Source: Escherichia coli (lineage in GTDB: Bacteria > Pseudomonadota > Gammaproteobacteria > Enterobacterales > Enterobacteriaceae). Taken from it: DNA of 24,000 bases. Both the position numbers and the translations under genes were made by a program. How positions within the stretch are numbered: position 1 is the stretch's first letter; each line of letters begins with the position of its first letter. Below, one piece after another: positions 17,477 through 24,000 of this stretch. Location of the stretch: NCBI RefSeq assembly GCF_052063125.1, contig NZ_CP178713.1, one strand, 5' to 3'. The notes under the pieces are model-generated. The model saw nothing but the letters and a program-made list of their open reading frames with translations. It had not been told where the DNA came from and ran no database searches.

Positions 17477-18816
17477 CATAAGCGCTAACTTAAGGGTTGA
17501 ACCATCTGAAGAATGCGACGCCTCGGTGCCTCGTTAAGACGATGCCTCGCGTTCTTCAATTGCGTTTTGTAGGCTGTCAGGGATACTGTCCCACGAATGG
17601 CCACCTGTAAGCTCCAGATGACCATTTTTGTTATTCTCCACAACGAGTTAGTTCTTCTTTTCGGATCCGGCACTTCTGGGGGGGGAAATCCAGCGATGGC
17701 TGGATTATGTCGTCAATTAAAAATGCGGCGAGTAGATTAGCAAATATCCACGCTTTCGCGAGTTCAGGTTCCTTTGCACGCAAAGCATCCAGGTGCAGCA
17801 AACTTTTGAGCCGCTTAAAAGCCAGTTCAATTTGCCATCGCAGACGGTAACAATCAGCCACTTGCTCTGCTGAATATTCATCTTCCGGTAATGATGTTAG
17901 CAATAGCACATGGCCCGCTGCTTCCAGCGTTTCCGCCTGAACTACTCGTCCTTTTCGACGATTCTCGCTGAGCAGTCGGGTTTTACTGATTAATGCTTTT
18001 TCGGGAGGAAGTGATACGGCAATGAGACGTGCCGGAAAGGGAGCTCCGGCTTTTTTATTACCTGAATTGCCTATCATTACAGTGGTTTCACCGTTCTTAC
18101 CGCAATCCAGCCCGCGCAGAAAACCCATCATGTCAAAGCGCATTCCTTCTGCAGTTAACCAGCGCAATCCTCGCCAGTGAACCCGGACGATATAATCAGC
18201 TTCTCCAAAAGCAAGTGAGCGGATACATTCGGGACGCGAACCGAATCCCCGGTCAGCAATGCGTATCTCGTCTGCCGTTTGCGCAAATCGGTCCAGCCGT
18301 TCAGCGTCTCTGCTGTCGGTTAGCTCAAAATCAGTGAACTGACAGGTATGAGGATCATATCCCATATGTAGTCGCCATTCAGCGCTGCCGCCCCCGGGCG
18401 CACTGATTGCTGTTCCATCGACAAGACGCAATCTCTTTCCGCTTGTACAACCCGTAACTGCGGCGCGTACAGCAAGTGTTTGTGCGGCAAGTATGCCAAA
18501 CCAGTCGGCGGCATTCCGCAGCCGCTTCAGGAGAGCCACGTCAGATAATGTTGCAACGTCATGGAGCTGAGCCCATGCAGTGACTTCACGTAATGACATC
18601 CCCCCGGGGCCGTAAGCCAGCCCCAGACGTAGCAGAGTTGCAGCATCACGAATTTCGCGGCGGCGGGTTAGAGCCCCGGCATTACGTGCCGAAGTATCCA
18701 GTTCTTCGGGCTTACCAATATGGGCCAGAATTGCTGACCAGTTATCGTGAGAGTAATTCATCGGCACGTTAAATCATATCAGGCGTAATACCACAACCCT
18801 TAAGTTAGCGCTTATG
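17477..18816 (-). mobile_element. IS186 (IS4 family) inserted in the RK2 sequence, flanked by ~11-bp direct repeats GGGGTGCCCCC
   Basis: Terminal repeats CATAAGCGCTAACTTAAGGGTTG / ...CAACCCTTAAGTTAGCGCTTATG; GGGGTGCCCCC at 17466-17476 and 18817-18827. Confidence 0.93.
17631..18761 (-). CDS. insL: IS186 transposase (InsL-like), C-terminus altered by an extra base in a homopolymer
   Basis: MNYSHDNWSAILAHIGKPEELDTSARNAGALTRRREIRDAATLLRLG...; ends FPPQKCRIRKEELTRCGE. Confidence 0.92.
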   Translation of the reverse strand: MNYSHDNWSAILAHIGKPEELDTSARNAGALTRRREIRDAATLLRLGLAYGPGGMSLREVTAWAQLHDVATLSDVALLKRLRNAADWFGILAAQTLAVRAAVTGCTSGKRLRLVDGTAISAPGGGSAEWRLHMGYDPHTCQFTDFELTDSRDAERLDRFAQTADEIRIADRGFGSRPECIRSLAFGEADYIVRVHWRGLRWLTAEGMRFDMMGFLRGLDCGKNGETTVMIGNSGNKKAGAPFPARLIAVSLPPEKALISKTRLLSENRRKGRVVQAETLEAAGHVLLLTSLPEDEYSAEQVADCYRLRWQIELAFKRLKSLLHLDALRAKEPELAKAWIFANLLAAFLIDDIIQPSLDFPPQKCRIRKEELTRCGE

Positions 18817-18920
18817 GGGGTGCCCCCCCTTCTCGAACCCTCCCGGCCCGCTAACGCGGGCCTCCCATCCCCCCAGGGGCTGCGCCCCTCGGCCGCGAAC
18901 GGCCTCACCCCAAAAATGGC

Positions 18921-18967
18921 AGCGCCTACGGCGCTGACTCTTTCGTTGACCAGGCGCAAGCGCCTGG
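18921..18967. repeat. Two adjacent perfect inverted repeats: AGCGCC-TAC-GGCGCT (18921-18935) and CCAGGCGC-AA-GCGCCTGG (18950-18967)
   Basis: Read directly, just outside the Tn21-type end. Confidence 0.75.
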
Positions 18968-19001
18968 AAATGCTCAATTAGGGGGCACCTCAGAAAACGG
19001 A

Positions 19002-20328
19002 ATCTATGGTCACTCCCGTTTTTGCAACACCGATTTTGACGACAAGTTGGCTTGCTTGAATCTATCCGGCGTCTGAATGGGATTTTATTCCCGCGCCTTG
19101 ATGAGTTCCGCGCCTGATGAACCTCCAGAAAATATACGGCTTCAATGAGCCTTTCCGTTTTACAGGTTCCTCAACAGGCCGGTGGGCCGTTAGTATCATC
19201 AATATCAGTATTCGCAAAACCAGATCAGTAATTCTTTAAACCGGTGTATTTCTGCCGTTATGCTACATAAGTTTGCTGTCGTGCCGTTAGGGCCCAGGCT
19301 ATTCTGGCCAGCTTGTTTGCCAGAGCACAAGTGACGACAAAGTTGCTTTTCCGGCACAGTAAATCCCTGACCCAATCGGCCAATTTGCCAGACTGGTGTT
19401 CCAGTTTTTGTATGAATACCCTGGCACATTGAACCAACAAAGTTCGGATCTTTTTATTACCTCGCTTACTAATTCCCAGCAATGTCGTCCTACCTCCCGT
19501 GCTGTACTGCCGAGGTACAAGCCCTGTTGCCGCCGCAAAGTCACGGCTGCTGGCGTACTGCTTCCCGTCGCCAATCTCAGTTGAAATAGTACTCGCTGTC
19601 AGTGTTCCGACGCAGGGAATGCTCAGCAAGCGCTGTCCAACCTCATCTTCGTCCAACTTTCGTTTCAACTGGGATTCCAAATCTTTAATCTGCTCAACAA
19701 GATAGTGATAATGCTGTTGTAATTTCAGCAATAACTGGCTGAGGTAAAGAGGCAAACTATTATCCTCAAGAATGGTACTCAGTCGGCTAATAACGGCAGC
19801 TCCTCGGGGAACGCTAATGCCAAATTCCAGCAGAAAAGCATGCATTTGATTGGTTGTTTTTACCTTATCCTGAACCAGGGATTCACGGACACGATGCAGA
19901 GCCCGCATTGCCTGCTGAGATTCCGTTCTGGGCTGCACAAAACGCATAGACGGACGCGATGCAGCTTCACAAATAGCTTCGGCGTCGACAAAGTCGTTTT
20001 TATTGCTTTTAACGAACGGGCGGACAAATTGTGGTGATATCAGCTTTGGGGAATGCCCCAACTCTTCCAACTTGCGTGCCATAAAGTGAGAACCGCCACA
20101 GGCTTCCATTGCGATGGTTGTAGCGGGGCATGTCGCCAAAAATTCGATCAACTTTGGCCGGGTAAATTTTTTACGGTAAACAGCCTTCCCGCGACGATCC
20201 TGGCAATGAATATGGAAAGAGTTTTTACCCAGATCGATACCAATGAGCGCAATGTTTTCCATGATAGTTCTCCGAATGAAAGCCTGTCCTCAGCATAGTA
20301 CCGGGAAGGAGGGAGTGACCATCTCATT
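19002..20328 (-). mobile_element. IS5075/IS4321-type IS110-family element, 1327 bp
   Basis: The interval between the split IR halves is exactly 1327 bp and holds a full-length IS110-family transposase. Confidence 0.9.
19258..20262 (-). CDS. tnpA: IS110-family transposase (IS5075/IS4321 type), 334 aa
   Basis: MENIALIGIDLGKNSFHIHCQDRRGKAVYRKKFTRPKLIEFLA (DEDD-type N-terminus) ... LLSIPCVGTLTASTISTEIGDGKQYASSRDFAAATGLVPRQYSTGG (C-terminal transposase_20 region). Confidence 0.93.
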   Translation of the reverse strand: MENIALIGIDLGKNSFHIHCQDRRGKAVYRKKFTRPKLIEFLATCPATTIAMEACGGSHFMARKLEELGHSPKLISPQFVRPFVKSNKNDFVDAEAICEAASRPSMRFVQPRTESQQAMRALHRVRESLVQDKVKTTNQMHAFLLEFGISVPRGAAVISRLSTILEDNSLPLYLSQLLLKLQQHYHYLVEQIKDLESQLKRKLDEDEVGQRLLSIPCVGTLTASTISTEIGDGKQYASSRDFAAATGLVPRQYSTGGRTTLLGISKRGNKKIRTLLVQCARVFIQKLEHQSGKLADWVRDLLCRKSNFVVTCALANKLARIAWALTARQQTYVA

Positions 20329-20340
20329 AAATAAAGCACG

Positions 20341-23307
20341 CTAAGCCGGTTGCAGAGGCCGTAGCGGCCTGAACTTCCCCGCGCCGATCTTGGCGCTGCT
20401 GCGCCACAGGTAATCACCGGTCAGGTTGATGTGCTCCCAGCCGAGTGGCGACAGGTACTGCAATAGCGAGTCATCGACGGCATGACCATTGCCGCGCAAC
20501 GCATGCGCCGCACGCTCCAGGTAGACCGTGTTCCACAGCACGATGGCCGCCGTCACCAGGTTGAGGCCGCTGGCCCGGTAGCGCTGCTGCTCGAAACTGC
20601 GGTCACGGATTTCACCAAGGCGGTTGAAGAACACGGCACGGGCCAGCGCATTGCGCGCCTCGCCCTTGTTCAGCCCGGCATGCACGCGGCGGCGTAGCTC
20701 GACGCTTTGCAGCCAGTCGAGGATGAACAGCGTGCGCTCGATGCGGCCCAACTCGCGCAGCGCGACGGCCAAGCCGTTCTGGCGCGGGTAGCTGCCGAGT
20801 TTCCTGAGCATCAGCGAGGCCGTCACCGTGCCCTGCTTGATCGAGGTGGCCAGCCGCAGGATTTCGTCCCAATGGGCGCGGACGTGCTTGATGTTGAGCG
20901 TGCCGCCGATCATCGGCTTGAGCGCGTCATAGGCGGCATCGCCCTTCGGGATGTAGAGCTTGGTGTCGCCCAGGTCGCGGATGCGCGGCGCGAAGCGGAA
21001 GCCCAAGAGGTGCATCAGGGCGAAGACGTGATCGGTGAAGCCCGCCGTGTCGGTGTAGTGCTCCTCGATCCGCAGGTCGGATTCGTGGTACAGCAGGCCG
21101 TCGAGCACGTAGGTTGAGTCGCGCAGGCCGACATTGACCACCTTGGTGTGGAATGGCGCGTATTGGTCGGAGATGTGGGTGTAGAAAGTCCGTCCTGGGC
21201 TGCTGCCATATTTTGGGTTGATGTGCCCCGTGCTCTTTGCCTTGCTAGCGGTTCGGAAATTCTGTCCGTCCGATGATGATGTGGTGCCATCGCCCCAGTG
21301 CCCGGCAAAGGGATGCCGAAACTGAGCGTTGACCAGTTCAGCCAACGCTGTCGAGTACGTTTCGTCGCGGGTATGCCAGGCTTGCAGCCAAGCGAGCTTC
21401 GCGTAGGTCGTGCCGGGGCAGGACTCGGCCATCTTGGTCAGGCCCAGGTTGATCGCGTCGGCCAGGATCGTGGTCAACAACAGGTTCTTGTCCTTGGCCA
21501 GATCGCCCGATTTCAAGTGCGTGAAGTGCCGGGTGAAGCCCGTCCACTCATCGACTTCGAGCAGCAGTTCGGTGATCTTGACGTGCGGCAGGACCATGGC
21601 TGTCTGGTCTATCAGCGCCTGCGCGGTGTCGGGCACCGCCGCATCCAGCGGCGTGATCTTCAAGCCCGACTCGGTGATGATGGCATCCGGCAGGTCGTTG
21701 GCTGCCGCCATGCGGTTGACGGTGGCAAGTTGTGCTTCCAGCAGCGTCAGCCGCTCATGCAGATATTGTTCGCAGTCGGTGGCCACGGCCAGCGGCAATT
21801 CGCTGGACTGCTTGAGGCTGGTGAACTTCTCGGGCGGTACCAGGTAGTCCTCGAAGTCCTTGAACTGGCGTGAACCCTGCACCCAGATGTCGCCCGAGCG
21901 CAGGGAGTTCTTCAACTCGGACAGCGCGCACAGTTCGTAGTAGCGCCGGTCGATGCCGGCGTCGGTCATCACCAGTTTCTGCCAGCGCGGCTTGATGAAG
22001 CCGGTCGGTGCATCGGCTGGCAGCTTGCGGGCGTTGTCGGTGTTCATGCCGCGCAGCACCTCAATGGCATCAAGCACGTTTTTGGCGGCGGGCGCGGCCC
22101 GCAGCTTGAGCACGGCAAGGAATTCCGGTGCATAGCGGCGCAGGGTGGCGTAGCTCTCGCCGATGCGATGCAGGAAATCGAAGTCATCGGGTTGCGCGAG
22201 CTTCTGCGCCTCGGTGACGCTCTCGGCAAAGGAATCCCAGGACATGACGGCCTCGATGGCGGCAAACGCATCGCGGCCTGATTGCTTGGCGTCGATCAGC
22301 GCCTGACCGATGCGCCCGTACAGACGTACCTTGGCGTTGATGGCCTTGCCTGACGCCTGGAACTGCTGCTGATGCTTATTCTTGGCAGCGTTAAACAGCT
22401 TACCCAGGATGCGGTCGTGCAGGTCGATGATTTCGTCGGTGACGGTGGCCATGCCCTCGGTGGCCAGCGCCACGAGAGTGGCGTAGCGCCGTTGCGGCTC
22501 GAATTTGGCCAGGTCGGCGGGTGTCATCTGGCCGCCCTCGCGGGCAATCTTGAGCAGGCGGTTCTGGTGAACCAGCCGCTCGATGCCGGTAGGCAGATCG
22601 AGTGCCTGCCATGCCTTGAGGCGTTCGATGTGTTCCAGCATATGCCGCGAATTTGGCTTGGCCGGAGACTGGCGCAACCAAGCCAACCAGGTCGTCTTGC
22701 CGTTGTCCCGGCGCTTGAGCAGATCGTCGAGGCGGCGGCGATGCGCGTCCGCCAGTGGTTCGGCCAAGGCGTCGTAGATGCGCCGGTTAGCACGGGTGAT
22801 CGCCTCGGCACTCGCCCGCTCGACGGCGTTGAGGGCGGGCAGAATGACCGACTGCCGCCGCAGGTGCCCGATCAAGGCGCTGGCCAGCACGATGCCTTTG
22901 TCGGTTTGCATCGCCAGCTCGGTCAGCATCTGGACGGCCTGCCGGTAATGGCTCATGGTGAAGGGCCGGAAACCGAACACGGTTTGCAGCTCGCTCAGGT
23001 GCTCGCGCCGGGTCTGCTCCCGCTGGCCGTACTCGTTCCAGCTTTCGACGCCGACCTTGAGCTGGTCGGCGACCAGCTTCAACAAGGGCGGGAACGGTAG
23101 TTCATCGACGCCCAGGATGACGCCGGGAAAGCGCAGGTAACAGAGCTGCACCGCGAAGCCCAGCCGATTGGCTGGCCCGCGCCGCTGTCGGATGATCGAG
23201 AGGTCGGTATCGTTGAATGTGTAATGTCGGATCAGGTCGTCCTTGGAGTCCGGCAACGCCAGCAGGCTTTCCCGCTCGGCGGCGGACAGGATGGAACGAC
23301 GTGGCAT
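20341..23307 (-). CDS. tnpA: Tn21 transposase TnpA, 988 aa, full length
   Basis: [62 protein letters not shown]...[37 protein letters not shown]. Confidence 0.95.
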   Translation of the reverse strand: MPRRSILSAAERESLLALPDSKDDLIRHYTFNDTDLSIIRQRRGPANRLGFAVQLCYLRFPGVILGVDELPFPPLLKLVADQLKVGVESWNEYGQREQTRREHLSELQTVFGFRPFTMSHYRQAVQMLTELAMQTDKGIVLASALIGHLRRQSVILPALNAVERASAEAITRANRRIYDALAEPLADAHRRRLDDLLKRRDNGKTTWLAWLRQSPAKPNSRHMLEHIERLKAWQALDLPTGIERLVHQNRLLKIAREGGQMTPADLAKFEPQRRYATLVALATEGMATVTDEIIDLHDRILGKLFNAAKNKHQQQFQASGKAINAKVRLYGRIGQALIDAKQSGRDAFAAIEAVMSWDSFAESVTEAQKLAQPDDFDFLHRIGESYATLRRYAPEFLAVLKLRAAPAAKNVLDAIEVLRGMNTDNARKLPADAPTGFIKPRWQKLVMTDAGIDRRYYELCALSELKNSLRSGDIWVQGSRQFKDFEDYLVPPEKFTSLKQSSELPLAVATDCEQYLHERLTLLEAQLATVNRMAAANDLPDAIITESGLKITPLDAAVPDTAQALIDQTAMVLPHVKITELLLEVDEWTGFTRHFTHLKSGDLAKDKNLLLTTILADAINLGLTKMAESCPGTTYAKLAWLQAWHTRDETYSTALAELVNAQFRHPFAGHWGDGTTSSSDGQNFRTASKAKSTGHINPKYGSSPGRTFYTHISDQYAPFHTKVVNVGLRDSTYVLDGLLYHESDLRIEEHYTDTAGFTDHVFALMHLLGFRFAPRIRDLGDTKLYIPKGDAAYDALKPMIGGTLNIKHVRAHWDEILRLATSIKQGTVTASLMLRKLGSYPRQNGLAVALRELGRIERTLFILDWLQSVELRRRVHAGLNKGEARNALARAVFFNRLGEIRDRSFEQQRYRASGLNLVTAAIVLWNTVYLERAAHALRGNGHAVDDSLLQYLSPLGWEHINLTGDYLWRSSAKIGAGKFRPLRPLQPA

Positions 23308-23309
23308 AT

Positions 23310-23870
23310 TTACTGATCCGTTCTCAAGTATTGATACAGGGTTTCGCGACTGATTCCGAATTCACGAGCAAGCTTGGTCTTTTGCTCGCCAGCCTCGACA
23401 CGTTGGCGCAGTTCGGCAATACGCTCAGACGACAGGGATTTCTTCCTGCCACGGTAAGCCCCGCGTTGCTTGGCGAGCGCAATACCCTCGCGCTGACGCT
23501 CGCGGATCAGGGCGCGCTCGAACTCGGCGAACGCGCCCATCACCGAGAGCATCAGGTTCGCCATCGGAGAGTCTTCGCCAGTAAAACTGAGGTGTTCCTT
23601 GACGAATTCGATATGCACGCCGCGTTGTGTCAGCGTTTGCACGATCCGGCGCAAATCATCGAGATTGCGCGCCAGGCGATCCATGCTATGCACCACCACG
23701 GTGTCGCCGGTGCGGGCGAAGCTTATCAGCGCTTCCAGTTGCGGACGCTTGACATCCTTGCCGGATGCCTTGTCGCTAAAAGCGCGATCAACCTTGACGC
23801 CTTCCAGTTGCCGTTCCGGGTTCTGGTCGAAGGTGCTGACCCTGATATACCCAATGCGCTGTCCAGTCAT
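23310..23870 (-). CDS. tnpR: Tn21 resolvase TnpR, 186 aa
   Basis: [48 protein letters not shown]... serine recombinase with C-terminal HTH. Confidence 0.95.
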   Translation of the reverse strand: MTGQRIGYIRVSTFDQNPERQLEGVKVDRAFSDKASGKDVKRPQLEALISFARTGDTVVVHSMDRLARNLDDLRRIVQTLTQRGVHIEFVKEHLSFTGEDSPMANLMLSVMGAFAEFERALIRERQREGIALAKQRGAYRGRKKSLSSERIAELRQRVEAGEQKTKLAREFGISRETLYQYLRTDQ

Positions 23871-23874
23871 GGAA

Positions 23875-24000
23875 TTCCCTGCAAAATGTCAGGGAAGACT
23901 CTATGACCTTCAACGAGATATGTCAATAAATTCAAAATTCAATCCTATCCTGACGCAATTTACACATGGCATCTGACATCAGGTTAGGGTATGCCTCAAC
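23875..24000. other. res: Tn21 res resolution site region, continuing out of the window
   Basis: Intergenic TCTATGACCTTCAACGAGATATGTCAATAAATTC...TCTGACATCAGGTTAGGGTATGCCTCAAC directly upstream of tnpR. Confidence 0.75.

Larger units (their letters stand above)
16455..18977 (+). other. oriV: RK2/RP4 (IncP-alpha) backbone segment spanning the vegetative origin oriV, interrupted by IS186
   Basis: Recognisable RK2 oriV sequence: ATTGACACTTGAGGGGCACCGCAGGGAAATTCTCG...CTGACAGATGAGGGGCGGACGTTGACACTTGAGGGGCC...TTAACCTGCTTTTAAACCAATATTTATAAACCTTGTTTTTAACC...CGAAGGGGGGTGCCCCC. The outer limits are approximate. Confidence 0.9.
18981..20345. repeat. Tn21-type 38-bp terminal inverted repeat split by an IS110-family insertion (18981-19001 and 20329-20345)
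   Basis: GGGGGCACCTCAGAAAACGGA + AAATAAAGCACGCTAAG reassembles a canonical 38-bp Tn21 IR. Confidence 0.93.

Noticed and set aside
20482-23140. Many long plus-strand ORFs (e.g. 22372..23100, 20707..21117, 21298..21873) opposite Tn21 tnpA
   Set aside because: Mirror-frame ORFs in high-GC coding sequence; low-complexity composition and no domain pattern, while the minus strand is a full-length transposase.

Overview
This 24-kb window is the accessory side of an enterobacterial multi-replicon resistance plasmid. Bases 1-~1200 carry an IncFII (R1/R100-type) repA gene and its oriR. A ribbon-helix-helix ORF with no partner toxin follows. Next is a defence-like island (about 2.1-9.1 kb): a PHP-domain/ABC-ATPase fusion, a degraded ORF resembling the C-terminus of a TIR-like (Cap12-type) protein, a KAP-family P-loop NTPase coupled to a gene with a possible ribbon-helix-helix N-terminus, and a frameshifted DUF4238-like gene. 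A headless colicin Ia pore-forming domain with an intact immunity gene comes next, then a small operon cut by a Tn1721-type end. The resistance region contains the Tn1721 tnpA remnant, an isochorismatase-like remnant, pecM, tet(A) (all seven residues of the 'type 1' variant by direct count) and tetR(A). This runs into an RK2/IncP-alpha oriV fragment with a shortened iteron array, interrupted by IS186. The right side is the tnpA/tnpR/res end of a Tn21 transposon whose inverted repeat is split exactly by a 1327-bp IS5075/IS4321-type IS110 element. The least characterised parts are the PHP-ATPase, the KAP/RHH pair and the remnants between them. All family assignments come from motif reading and memory of reference proteins; no searches were run.
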